Of a DNA stretch of 64,000 nt, positions 1-9,283 are shown piece after piece. Below the pieces are notes generated by a model. That model was not told the DNA's origin. It saw only the letters and a list, made by a program, of their open reading frames with translations, and did no database searches. The translations under genes and the position numbers were made by a program. Source of the stretch: Paracoccaceae bacterium (lineage in GTDB: Bacteria > Pseudomonadota > Alphaproteobacteria > Rhodobacterales > Rhodobacteraceae); assembly GCA_022448245.1 (NCBI GenBank), contig JAKVCO010000009.1, positions 11,413 through 75,412 on the forward strand, in the 5' to 3' direction. How positions within the stretch are numbered: the first letter of the stretch is position 1; each line of letters starts with the position of its first letter.

Positions 1-1558
1 CACGGTGATCGAGATCCCGGTGCATCCGATCCAGGAAACGGGTAAGCGGCCTACCGCGTCGCTCGATCGCAACCTCGCATATCTGTCGCTGGTGGAGAGC
101 CTTTATGGCTACCCGCTCGACGGGGTCGTGCTGACGATCGGCTGTGACAAGACAACGCCCGCCCTGCTGATGGCGGCGGCAACGGTGAACATCCCGGCCA
201 TCGCCTTGTCCGTGGGACCGATGCTCAACGGCTGGTGGAAGGGCGAACGCGCAGGCTCCGGCACGGTGATCTGGAAAGCGCGGGAGCTGATGGCCGAGGG
301 CAAGATCGACGCCGAAGAATTTCAGGAGATCGCCGCGTCTTCCGCGCCGTCCGTGGGCTATTGCAACACGATGGGCACGGCCACGACCATGAACTCCCTC
401 GCCGAGGGTCTGGGCATGCAGCTGCCGGGCTCCGCTGCGATCCCTGCACCCTACCGCGAGCGTGGGCAGATGGCCTACAACACCGGCAAGCGCATCGTCG
501 ACATGGTGTGGGAGGATCTGCGTCCATCCGACATCATGACCCGCGAGGCATTCGAAAACGCGATCGTCCTGAATTCCGCCATCGGCGGGTCCACGAATGC
601 GCCGATCCACCTCAATGGTGTGGCGCGCCACCTTGGCATCAAGCTCACCAACGACGATTGGCAGCGCTTGGGCCATGAGGTGCCCCTCCTCGTAAACCTT
701 CAGCCTGCGGGCAAATATCTGGGCGAAGACTTCCAGCAGGCCGGCGGTGTCCCTGCCGTCTTTGCAGAGCTCTTGGCGGAAGGCCTTCTGCCCCATCCAG
801 ACGCGCTTACGGCCAACGGTCAGAGCATCAAGGCCAACTGTGAAGGCCAGATGTCGAAGAATTCCGACGTCATCATGCCCGTGGCAAAGCCGCTCGTGGA
901 AGAGGCGGGCTTCATCAACCTTAAGGGCAACCTCTTTGACTCCGCGATCATGAAGACCTCTGTCATTTCGGAGGAGTTCCGGACGCGTTACCTTTCGAAC
1001 CCCGATGACCCCATGGCCTTTGAGGGCCGCGCCGTCGTCTTTGATGGACCCGAAGACTATCACCACCGCATCGACGACCCAGCGGAAGCAATCGACGAAA
1101 GCTGCATTCTTTTCATGCGCGGGGCGGGCCCCAAGGGCTATCCCGGCGGCGCCGAAGTCGTGAACATGCGGGCGCCTGCTTATCTTTTGACGAAGGGCGT
1201 GCACGCCTTGCCTTGCATCGGTGACGGTCGCCAATCCGGCACGTCCGGCTCCCCTTCGATCCTCAATGCCTCACCCGAAGCGGCGGACAATGGCGGGCTC
1301 GCGCTACTGAAGACAAACGACCGCGTTCGCATCGATCTCAAGAAGTGCACCGCGGACATGCTTGTCAGCGAGGAGGAGCTCAGGGAGCGCCATGCAGCGC
1401 TGATGGCCGCTGGCGGATACCAGTACCCGGAAAGCCAAACGCCCTGGCAGCAGATCTTCCGCGAAAAGGTGGAGCCACTCAGCGAGGGTATGACCCTTCG
1501 CGATGCCACCAGCTATCAAGACATCAGCCGCAAAGGCCTTCCCCGCGACAGCCACTAA
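1..1558 (+). CDS. IlvD/Edd-family sugar-acid or dihydroxy-acid dehydratase. The 5' end is cut by the window edge.
   Basis: The ORF runs open from the window start. Family-typical segments are present: [22 protein letters not shown] and [21 protein letters not shown]. Substrate cannot be assigned from sequence alone. Confidence 0.85.
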   Translation, partial: TVIEIPVHPIQETGKRPTASLDRNLAYLSLVESLYGYPLDGVVLTIGCDKTTPALLMAAATVNIPAIALSVGPMLNGWWKGERAGSGTVIWKARELMAEGKIDAEEFQEIAASSAPSVGYCNTMGTATTMNSLAEGLGMQLPGSAAIPAPYRERGQMAYNTGKRIVDMVWEDLRPSDIMTREAFENAIVLNSAIGGSTNAPIHLNGVARHLGIKLTNDDWQRLGHEVPLLVNLQPAGKYLGEDFQQAGGVPAVFAELLAEGLLPHPDALTANGQSIKANCEGQMSKNSDVIMPVAKPLVEEAGFINLKGNLFDSAIMKTSVISEEFRTRYLSNPDDPMAFEGRAVVFDGPEDYHHRIDDPAEAIDESCILFMRGAGPKGYPGGAEVVNMRAPAYLLTKGVHALPCIGDGRQSGTSGSPSILNASPEAADNGGLALLKTNDRVRIDLKKCTADMLVSEEELRERHAALMAAGGYQYPESQTPWQQIFREKVEPLSEGMTLRDATSYQDISRKGLPRDSH

Positions 1559-1570
1559 GAGGACAAACCG

Positions 1571-2419
1571 ATGAAACTCGTACGATACGGCGCCCCCGGG
1601 GCGGAAAAGCCTGGACTCATCGATAGTGAAGGCACGCTTCGCGATCTGTCGGGTCACGTGGACGACATCAACGGCGCCATGCTTGGCGATGCGAGCCTTG
1701 ATGCCCTTCGCGCCCTCGATCCGGCCTCACTGCCCGCCGTCGACGGCGATCCACGCATGGGCGCTTGCGTGACGGACTTCGGCAAGTTCCTGTGCATTGG
1801 CCTCAACTACTCCGACCACGCAGCGGAGACTGGCGCGGCGATCCCTGAGCATCCGATCCTCTTCTTCAAGGCAAACTCCGCCATTGTGGGCCCGAACGAC
1901 GATGTGGTGATGCCGCGCGGCTCCACCCACACTGATTGGGAGGTCGAGCTTGGCGTCGTCATCGGGAAGGAGGCGAAATACGTCTCTAAAGAAAACGCAC
2001 TGGACTACGTGGCGGGCTACTGCGTGGTGAACGACGTGTCCGAGCGCCACTTCCAGACCCAGCTGACCGGCCAATGGACCAAAGGCAAAAGCTGCGACAC
2101 GTTCGGGCCCACCGGCCCCTACCTCGTGACGCGCGATGAGGTGCCTGATCCGCAAGCGCTCGCCATGCGTCTCGACGTGAACGGGGAGCGGATGCAGACC
2201 GGCAATACCGCCACCATGATCTTCACCGTGGCTGAGATCATCGAGCACCTCAGCGGCCTGATGACCCTGCACCCCGGCGATGTGATCACCACCGGCACGC
2301 CTCCGGGCGTCGGCATGGGCATTAAGCCCGAACCCAAGTACCTTAAAGTCGGCGACGTCATGGAGCTCGAGATCGAGGGCCTCGGCGTGCAGCGCCAAGA
2401 AGTGAAGATGGATGCGTGA
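1571..2419 (+). CDS. Fumarylacetoacetate hydrolase (FAH) family protein
   Basis: 282 aa, starting 12 nt after the dehydratase stop. FAH-fold-like segments are present (LCIGLNYSDHA, HTDWEVELGVVIGK, GDVITTGTPPGVG). Confidence 0.85.
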   Translation: MKLVRYGAPGAEKPGLIDSEGTLRDLSGHVDDINGAMLGDASLDALRALDPASLPAVDGDPRMGACVTDFGKFLCIGLNYSDHAAETGAAIPEHPILFFKANSAIVGPNDDVVMPRGSTHTDWEVELGVVIGKEAKYVSKENALDYVAGYCVVNDVSERHFQTQLTGQWTKGKSCDTFGPTGPYLVTRDEVPDPQALAMRLDVNGERMQTGNTATMIFTVAEIIEHLSGLMTLHPGDVITTGTPPGVGMGIKPEPKYLKVGDVMELEIEGLGVQRQEVKMDA

Positions 2420-3332
2420 TCTCCTCGTCATTGGCGGGATCACGGACCCCATGCGCGCGGCGCTCGCGCCGCATTTCGCCTTCGTGCGAGAGGCCAACAG
2501 CGGCATCGAATACGTCCTCACGAACGGCCATGACGGCATCCCCACCGACGAAATGGATAAGATGCCGAACCTAAAGCTGATCTCTAACTATGGGGTGGGC
2601 TATGACGCGATCGACGCAAAGTCTGCCGCACGTCGAGGTGTGTTAGTCACACATACGCCTGATGTGCTGAACGCGGAGGTCGCCAACACGACCCTCCTTT
2701 TGATGCTGGCTTGCTACCGCGAAATCTTGCGTGACGACGCCCACGCACGCTCCGGCGCGTGGGAAGAGACGGGCAACGCGCCCCTCACTCGTTCGCCTGA
2801 AGGAGCGAAGATCGGCATCCTCGGCATGGGACGTATCGGGCAGGAGATCGCACGACGGCTTGAAATTTTCTCGCCCGAGATCCGCTATCACGCGCGCACG
2901 CCCAAGGACGTGCCCTACCCGCACGAGCCCAGTCTGCTGGAGATGGCGCGGAAGGTGGACTGCCTTATCGTCATCACGCCCGGCGGCGCGGCGACAAAGC
3001 ATCTGGTGAACCGCGAAGTGCTGGAGGCCTTGGGGCCGCAAGGCACGGTTATCAACATCGCGAGGGGCTCCGTCATTGATGAGGCCGCGATGGTGGCGTG
3101 CCTCAAAGAAGGGAAGCTCGGCTGGGCAGGTCTCGATGTGTTCGAGGCGGAGCCCAAGATTCCCGATGCGCTGAAGGCGATGCCGAACGTGGTGCTTCTG
3201 CCCCACGTTGGATCAGCCACGGTAGAGACGCGCGGCGCCATGGGGCAGCTTGTCGTCGACAATCTGATTGATCACCTGACCAAAGGCACCGTGCGCACGC
3301 CGGTGCCGGAATGCGCGTCATTAACGGGGTGA
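2412..3332 (+). CDS. D-isomer-specific 2-hydroxyacid dehydrogenase (glyoxylate/hydroxypyruvate reductase-like)
   Basis: NAD-binding GILGMGRIGQEIARR motif and C-terminal LPHVGSAT motif. The start overlaps the FAH gene stop by 8 nt. Confidence 0.85.
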   Translation: MRDLLVIGGITDPMRAALAPHFAFVREANSGIEYVLTNGHDGIPTDEMDKMPNLKLISNYGVGYDAIDAKSAARRGVLVTHTPDVLNAEVANTTLLLMLACYREILRDDAHARSGAWEETGNAPLTRSPEGAKIGILGMGRIGQEIARRLEIFSPEIRYHARTPKDVPYPHEPSLLEMARKVDCLIVITPGGAATKHLVNREVLEALGPQGTVINIARGSVIDEAAMVACLKEGKLGWAGLDVFEAEPKIPDALKAMPNVVLLPHVGSATVETRGAMGQLVVDNLIDHLTKGTVRTPVPECASLTG

Positions 3333-3881
3333 GCGTTTGGCCAGAATGCGTTGTAGCGTGCGGCGGTGCATGTTGAGCCGCCGTGCCGTCTCAGAGACAT
3401 TGCGATCGCACAGCTCATAGACCCGCTGGATATGCTCCCAACGCACGCGGTCCGCGCTCATGGGGTTTTCCGGCGGCGGGGGAAGCTCATCCCCTTTGGC
3501 GAGCAAGGCGTTCGTGATGTCGGACGCGTCCGCTGGCTTTGACAAGTAGTCCGTCGCACCGATCTTCACAGCCGCCACAGCCGTGGCAATGGCACCGTAA
3601 CCCGTGAGAACCACAACGCGGCTGTCGGGGCGGCGTTCACGCAGCACTTCGACCACATCGAGCCCGTTGCCATCCTCAAGCCGGAGATCGACCACCGCAT
3701 AGGCAGGTGGGCGGGCTGTCGCGATGGCACGGCCAGCGGCGACAGATGTCGCTTGCTCCACGGCAAAGCCGCGCTTTTCCATGGCTTTCGCCAATCGCTT
3801 CAGAAAGGGTTCATCATCATCCACCAGCAGCAGGGTGGCATCTGGGCCTAGGTCAGCCTGGGCGGTCTCGGGCATCCGCAT
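3321..3881 (-). CDS. regA: RegA/PrrA/ActR-family redox response regulator
   Basis: Receiver domain (LLLVDDD, VVDLRLEDGNGLD, LSKP) plus the near-invariant C-terminal HTH RNVSETARRLNMHRRTLQRILAKR. The ORF extends to 3929. I place the start at an internal Met (3881 or 3875) to match the usual length of about 185 aa. Confidence 0.9.
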   Translation of the reverse strand: MRMPETAQADLGPDATLLLVDDDEPFLKRLAKAMEKRGFAVEQATSVAAGRAIATARPPAYAVVDLRLEDGNGLDVVEVLRERRPDSRVVVLTGYGAIATAVAAVKIGATDYLSKPADASDITNALLAKGDELPPPPENPMSADRVRWEHIQRVYELCDRNVSETARRLNMHRRTLQRILAKRSPR

Positions 3882-3953
3882 CTCACGATCATTGCGCATA
3901 TTTTCTTTATGAACTTCAATATGCTTCAAAAGGCAGAGGCGTCAAACGATGGC

Positions 3954-4580
3954 TTACGCGTCAAGCGCCTCAACGATGCAGCCGATCTGCTCTGCAAGGA
4001 CTTCGGGCTGCAGGTCACGACGGAAGAAAGTGATCATCTCACCGCCGGGATTCATCAGATAAGTCAGCGTGGAGTGATCCATTAGATAATAGTCGGGGTC
4101 ATCGCTATCCACCTTGCGATAGAAGGCGCGGTATTCCCCGGCGGCTGCGGCGACTTGCTCCTCGCTGCCGGTCAATCCGGTCAGGTTCGGGTGCAGATAC
4201 TCCGTAAACTCCGCAAGGTATTCAGGCGTGTCACGTTCCGGGTCGATCGTGATGAAGAGCCCCGGCACCTCGTGGCCCTTCTCCTCTTCGAGAATTTCCA
4301 TCGCCTCTGCCATGCGTGCCATATCAAGAGGGCAGACATCCGGGCAGAAGGTGTAGCCAAAGTAAACCAGCGTTGGCTCGGTAATCACGTCCACGTCCGT
4401 GACCGTCTCGCCCGTTTCTGAAACCAGCGTGAAGGGCCCGCCAATGTCGCCGCCGGCCACAGCTGAACCGATGCAGGCCTGCAGATTATTGGATGGTGCG
4501 AACGTCGTGACCGCGAGAAAGGCCCCACCTACGCCGACGAAAACAACTCCTGCCGCGATGGCTGCGATCTTGCCACTCAT
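3954..4580 (-). CDS. senC: SCO-family copper chaperone SenC/PrrC
   Basis: N-terminal TM helix, thioredoxin-fold CPDVCP motif and a downstream DH motif (LMDHSTLTYLM), located between regA and regB. The track ORF (to 5390) is an artefactual upstream extension antisense to regB. An ATG at 4578-4580 gives 208 aa. Confidence 0.85.
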   Translation of the reverse strand: MSGKIAAIAAGVVFVGVGGAFLAVTTFAPSNNLQACIGSAVAGGDIGGPFTLVSETGETVTDVDVITEPTLVYFGYTFCPDVCPLDMARMAEAMEILEEEKGHEVPGLFITIDPERDTPEYLAEFTEYLHPNLTGLTGSEEQVAAAAGEYRAFYRKVDSDDPDYYLMDHSTLTYLMNPGGEMITFFRRDLQPEVLAEQIGCIVEALDA

Positions 4581-4673
4581 GTCGTAGGCTCCCATACTTG
4601 CGTTGACGGCTATGTAGTCCGTTCTGGCCCCCTTTGGCGTGGGCCTCTTCGTCACATCTGCTTGAGGAGCCTC

Positions 4674-6095
4674 ATGGCCGATCTCACCGCCGCAGACCAG
4701 ATACCCGAGCGCGAAGCTGAGGCCGTCCAAACGGATCAGAAGCAGCTCGTCACACGCAGCGACACCCGGGCGAACTGGATCCGGCTTCGGACGCTTGTCT
4801 ACCTGCGATGGGTGGCAATCGCGGGGCAGCTGGTGGCGCTCAATGTGGCCCAACGCATCTACGATCTGCAGCTTGAGATGGCGCTTTGCTATCTGGCGAT
4901 CGGTATCTCGGTGGTGGCCAATCTTATGGCCATCTGGCTCTACCCCGAAAACAAGCGTTTGAGTGAAACAGAGACGTTTTTCTTTCTGCTCTTCGACCTC
5001 ATGCAGCTGGGTTTCCTGCTCGCGCTGACAGGCGGGCTGAACAACCCCTTCTCGCTGCTGGTTCTCGCGCCAGTGACGATTTCCGCCACAGTGCTTCCCA
5101 CAGCGCCCACCATGCTTTTGGGAGCTGTTGCGCTCGCCGTGGTGAGCTTCACAGGCCTCTTTCACGTACCGCTGCGAACCTCCGACGGGTTCGTCCTGCA
5201 GAACTCCTACCTCTTCGCGCTGGGGTTCTGGGCGGCCATCGTCGTCGGCTGCACCTTCATCGCAATCTACGCCCGCCGCGTGACGGAGGAGATGCACGCC
5301 ATGTCGCGCGCCCTCCTTGCCACACAGATGGCGCTGGCGCGCGAGCAGAAACTGACTGATCTGGGTGGCGTGGTCGCTGCAGCGGCGCATGAGCTCGGCA
5401 CGCCACTAGCCACGATCAAGCTCGTATCGGGCGAGCTCATGGATGAACTGCCCGAAGGCGATTTGCGTGAGGATGCGGTGCTGATCCGATCTCAGGCCGA
5501 CCGGTGCCGCGATATCCTGCGCTCTATGGGCCGGGCGGGAAAGGACGACCTGCATCTGCGTTACGCGCCTTTCGAGACGGTTGTGCGTGAAGCGGCCGAA
5601 CCTCATATGAACCGCGGGAAGGAGATCACGATCCACTTTGCCCCGGGCGAGGATGGCTCAAAGGGCCAACCACAGATCAGGCGCCATCCGGAAGTCATCC
5701 ACGGCCTCCGCAACCTCGTGCAAAACGCCGTCGACTTCGCAAAAACCGAAGTCTGTATCGAGCTCAGCTGGAACGGCCGAAACATCTCGGTCGAGATTGC
5801 CGACGATGGCCGCGGTTTCTCGGCAGCAGTGATCGGACGTTTGGGCGATCCTTTCATGCGCTCGCGGCGACGCAGTACCAGCGGGCAACGCCCGGGGTAC
5901 GAGGGCATGGGGCTTGGCCTTTTCATCGCCAAAACCCTGTTGGAGCGCACCGGGGCGGACATACGTTTTGCCAACGGTCCCATGGGGGGAAGGCTCTCAG
6001 GAGCGCGGGTCAGCGTGATCTGGCCTCATGGCAAGATCACCGGCGGCGACGGTGAAAAGCCCAGCCCAATGGGCCAAAACGAGCGCATCACCTGA
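4674..6095 (+). CDS. regB: RegB/PrrB/ActS-family redox-sensing histidine kinase
   Basis: Polytopic N-terminal membrane domain, H-box AAAAHELGTPLATIKL and HATPase motifs (DDGRGF, GMGLGLFIAK). It is divergent from senC-regA. The ATG at 4674 is preceded by GAGGAG at 4664-4669. Confidence 0.9.
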   Translation: MADLTAADQIPEREAEAVQTDQKQLVTRSDTRANWIRLRTLVYLRWVAIAGQLVALNVAQRIYDLQLEMALCYLAIGISVVANLMAIWLYPENKRLSETETFFFLLFDLMQLGFLLALTGGLNNPFSLLVLAPVTISATVLPTAPTMLLGAVALAVVSFTGLFHVPLRTSDGFVLQNSYLFALGFWAAIVVGCTFIAIYARRVTEEMHAMSRALLATQMALAREQKLTDLGGVVAAAAHELGTPLATIKLVSGELMDELPEGDLREDAVLIRSQADRCRDILRSMGRAGKDDLHLRYAPFETVVREAAEPHMNRGKEITIHFAPGEDGSKGQPQIRRHPEVIHGLRNLVQNAVDFAKTEVCIELSWNGRNISVEIADDGRGFSAAVIGRLGDPFMRSRRRSTSGQRPGYEGMGLGLFIAKTLLERTGADIRFANGPMGGRLSGARVSVIWPHGKITGGDGEKPSPMGQNERIT

Positions 6096-6120
6096 GCGGG
6101 TAACGCCCTATAAACGGAAA

Positions 6121-6136
6121 TTAACCGGTAATTAAC
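6121..6136. promoter_or_regulatory. Perfect CtrA-box-type motif TTAA-N7-TTAAC
   Basis: The sequence is TTAACCGGTAATTAAC. It lies in the 84-nt regB / PAS-gene intergenic gap, 44 nt upstream of the first possible start of the PAS gene. It is the only full match I found in the window. Confidence 0.5.
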
Positions 6137-6179
6137 CAGACTCACCGATCCTTCACCCTAGGTTTGAAGGGATTTTGGT

Positions 6180-7787
6180 TTGGCGGATTTGTCCTTCGCG
6201 CTCGTTGTTGCGCTGATGATCGCCTCCGGTGGCGTTAGCGTGGTCGCACTTGTTGTATGGGCCCGGATGTCTCCGGATCCGGACCAAGCGGCGCACGCTA
6301 TGATCAGCCGCGCGGGGGGAGAGACCGTTTTTCTCTTCGATGGCCTCGACCTCGTGGATTGCACCCAACCCGCTCGACGCATCATGGATGAACTCGCCCA
6401 GGGTGCGAGCGATCTTCACAGATTATTCCGCGCACTCAGCGCCCGCTTTGGCACCCTTCCGGACGCCGAAAAGGTGGGCGACATCAATTTCCAAGGCGAA
6501 TACGCGCCGGGCGATCCGCTCGACGGGCTGCGACTGCACATTGAAGGTTGGGACGGCTTTCTGCGCATCACATTACGCAACGAGGAAGAAGAAGTTGCCA
6601 CCGCCTTCGCCCGCCCTGATGCGGGGGAAGAGGTGGTCACGCTGCGCGCTGTCAGTGATGAGGCGCCCTTCCCGATCTGGAAGACCGACAAAGACGGGAC
6701 GATCGATTGGATTAATGAGGCCTATCTCAAACATCTCAACACCGATGTTGATGACGACGAAGATGCCGCTCTTGAATGGCCGCCAGCGGCGCTGTTTGAG
6801 GATCACAATCCACAGATCAGCCCGAAACAGAGACTGAAGATTAAAGATACCGGCGGCACCTTTGACATTGAAAGCATCAAGCACCGCGATGGCTGGTTGC
6901 ACTTCGCCACCTCCGCTGAAGATGCCGTGCGGGCGGAGACGGCCCAGAAAGAGTTCGTGCAAACGCTAACGAATACATTCGGCCACCTTTCGATCGGCCT
7001 CGCCATCTTCGACAAGGAAAGACGTCTGGCGCTTTTTAACCCCGCGCTGACGGACATGATGCCGGTGCCTTTCGCGTTTCTGAGCCAACGGCCCGCGCTA
7101 CAGGACTTTCTCGACCGCCTCCGCGAAGAAAGGCTCATGGGCGAGCCGCGCAACTACAAAGCCTGGCGCAAGCAAATCGTGGAGCTGGAGGCGCAAGCAG
7201 AAGACGGGACCTATTGCGAGCACTGGGCGCTGCCGAACGGCGTCACCTTCCGGGTCACCGGGCGGCCACATCTAGGGGGCGCGATTGCCTTCCTCTTTGA
7301 AGACATCAGCGCCGAGATGTCCCTGACGCGGCGCTTCCATTCGGAGATCGAGCTCGGCCATGCAGCGCTCGATGCCATGGACGAAGCGATCATGCTCGTT
7401 GGTGAAAGTGGCATCGTTCAGTTCACGAACGCGGCGTATCGGAAGATGTGGCACGTAGACGGCGCTGATAGCGAAGGGCTCAGCACGCCGCATTACCGCG
7501 AAGCGATCGTCACGTGGCGCAAGGAGAGCGAAAAGGACGATCCCCACTGGCAGGATATGATAGCTGCCATGGGTCGACAGGACGACAGCACAGGTTGGAC
7601 AGGTCAGACCAAACTTGTGACGGGCGAGGATCTTTTCTGTCGCACGCAGCGACTGCCCGGCGGGGCCACTCTGATCGGCTTCCGGACATCAGCCCCCGTT
7701 GAGAACGCGATCTCGCGGTTCAAGACACGGCGAGACCCGCACGCCAAGGCACCCAAGCCCGCCATCGCCACGAAGAAGGCCGGCTGA
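6180..7787 (+). CDS. Membrane-anchored multi-PAS protein with no recognisable output (kinase) domain. Possible kinase-less DivL homologue.
   Basis: N-terminal hydrophobic helix, then at least three PAS-like segments (PFPIWKTDKDGTIDWINEAY, IGLAIFDKERRLALFNPAL, EAIMLVGESGIVQFTNAAY). There is no H-box or HATPase motif. The start is uncertain (TTG 6180 or ATG 6216). Confidence 0.75.
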   Translation: MADLSFALVVALMIASGGVSVVALVVWARMSPDPDQAAHAMISRAGGETVFLFDGLDLVDCTQPARRIMDELAQGASDLHRLFRALSARFGTLPDAEKVGDINFQGEYAPGDPLDGLRLHIEGWDGFLRITLRNEEEEVATAFARPDAGEEVVTLRAVSDEAPFPIWKTDKDGTIDWINEAYLKHLNTDVDDDEDAALEWPPAALFEDHNPQISPKQRLKIKDTGGTFDIESIKHRDGWLHFATSAEDAVRAETAQKEFVQTLTNTFGHLSIGLAIFDKERRLALFNPALTDMMPVPFAFLSQRPALQDFLDRLREERLMGEPRNYKAWRKQIVELEAQAEDGTYCEHWALPNGVTFRVTGRPHLGGAIAFLFEDISAEMSLTRRFHSEIELGHAALDAMDEAIMLVGESGIVQFTNAAYRKMWHVDGADSEGLSTPHYREAIVTWRKESEKDDPHWQDMIAAMGRQDDSTGWTGQTKLVTGEDLFCRTQRLPGGATLIGFRTSAPVENAISRFKTRRDPHAKAPKPAIATKKAG

Positions 7788-7823
7788 TCTTGCGCTTGGA
7801 GGGGCGGCAGGTAATGTCGGGCC

Positions 7824-8282
7824 ATGCCCGCCTCCCACATTCTATTATTGCCAGACTTGGACCGCACGCAAAGGCTTGCCGCCGAGGCTGCCAAGACTGC
7901 TGTCGCAGGTGATTGTTTTCTTCTTGAAGGGCCCGTGGGCGCCGGCAAAACTGCCTTCTCGCGGGCGTTTGTCCAAGCCGCATTGGGCCGCGCGGAAGAT
8001 GTCCCCTCGCCGACCTTCACCCTTGTCCAAACCTACGAGACACCCACGTTCGAGATTTGGCATTGCGACCTGTATCGCTTGACCAGCGCCGATGAACTGA
8101 TCGAGCTTGGCCTCGAAGACGCCTTCACCTCTGCGGTGACCTTGATCGAGTGGCCCGATCGCTTGGGCGACATGGCGCCCACAAATGCCCAGCGCTTGTC
8201 ATTCGAGGTCGTCGATGAGGATGTCCGGCGGTTGTCGATCCACGGCGATGCGCGTTGGGCCAAAAGAGGTGCCACTGCATGA
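7824..8282 (+). CDS. tsaE: tRNA t6A37 biosynthesis ATPase TsaE
   Basis: 152 aa. Walker A motif GPVGAGKTAFSRAF, plus PSPTFTLVQTY and HCDLYRL motifs typical of TsaE/YjeE. Confidence 0.9.
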   Translation: MPASHILLLPDLDRTQRLAAEAAKTAVAGDCFLLEGPVGAGKTAFSRAFVQAALGRAEDVPSPTFTLVQTYETPTFEIWHCDLYRLTSADELIELGLEDAFTSAVTLIEWPDRLGDMAPTNAQRLSFEVVDEDVRRLSIHGDARWAKRGATA

Positions 8283-9283
8283 GCCAGCGCGCCGACCTCG
8301 CCGCAGCCTTTGTTGCAACCACGGACTGGGCAGGAGCACTGCTCCGCCCCCTCGCCAGCGACGCAGGAAAAAGAGCCTACTTCCGCCTCATATCTCCGGC
8401 TGGGCACAAAGCAGTGCTGATGGATGCCTCCCCCGAGAAAGGCGAAGACGTTCGGCCTTTCTTGACGATTGATCGATGGCTCACAGGCCAAGGGCTCAGC
8501 GCCCCGGAGATCTACGCCGAAGACACCGCGAACGGCTTTCTGCTGATCGAGGATTTAGGCGACGGGCTCTACGCGCGTCTCGCTGATCAGGATGCCGCGC
8601 TCGAACAGCCGATCTATGAAGCCGCCATCGATGCCCTACTTGAAATCACCACGGCGGAGCCCCCGACCGTCGATCCATATGATGCGGAAACCATGGCGCC
8701 GCTCGCGGGTTTGGCGGGTTCTTGGTATGCGGGCGATGCGGCCCTCGCCGAGGAAATCGCGCGCGCCACAGGACGGGCACTTGCTTCGCTTGCGCCCGCG
8801 CCGCCCACGCTAGCGCTGAGGGATTTTCACGCTGAAAATTTGCTGTGGCTCCCCGATCGTAAGGGCGCGGCGCGGGTCGGGCTTCTCGATTTTCAGGACG
8901 CGCGGCGCGGGCATCCTGCCTATGATGTGGCCTCATTGCTGCGAGATGCGCGCCGGGACGTACCACAGCGCCTGCAGACGATCCTGGCTGATCGGTTTGG
9001 AGCCGGATTGGGCTGGGATAGAGACGAAACAACGCGCGCATTGGCGGTGCAAGGAGCACAGCGGAATCTGCGCATCCTCGGCGTCTTCGCACGGCTTAGC
9101 CTTCACTTTTCCAAGCCGCATTACGTTGATCTGATCCCGCGTGTCTGGCAAAATTTACAAACAGAGCTTTCGCATCCCGACCTGACTGAGCTGCGCCAGG
9201 TGGCCTCTCAACTTCCGACGCCTTCCACCCCTCACCTTCAGGACCTCAAGGACAGATGCGGCACGATCCCCACGCTTGCATGA
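8279..9283 (+). CDS. Aminoglycoside-phosphotransferase-fold kinase (AmgK-like anomeric MurNAc/GlcNAc kinase)
   Basis: APH-fold catalytic segments RDFHAENLLW and LLDFQDA. The ATG at 8279 overlaps the tsaE stop (ATGA). A conserved alphaproteobacterial position between tsaE and a nucleotidyltransferase gene supports the call. Confidence 0.8.
   Translation: MSQRADLAAAFVATTDWAGALLRPLASDAGKRAYFRLISPAGHKAVLMDASPEKGEDVRPFLTIDRWLTGQGLSAPEIYAEDTANGFLLIEDLGDGLYARLADQDAALEQPIYEAAIDALLEITTAEPPTVDPYDAETMAPLAGLAGSWYAGDAALAEEIARATGRALASLAPAPPTLALRDFHAENLLWLPDRKGAARVGLLDFQDARRGHPAYDVASLLRDARRDVPQRLQTILADRFGAGLGWDRDETTRALAVQGAQRNLRILGVFARLSLHFSKPHYVDLIPRVWQNLQTELSHPDLTELRQVASQLPTPSTPHLQDLKDRCGTIPTLA

Noticed and set aside
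4581-5390. N-terminal 270 codons of the 478-aa senC track ORF
   Set aside because: This part is antisense to regB and Arg/His/Gln-rich with no SCO-family similarity. The real senC starts at the Met preceding its TM helix (4580).
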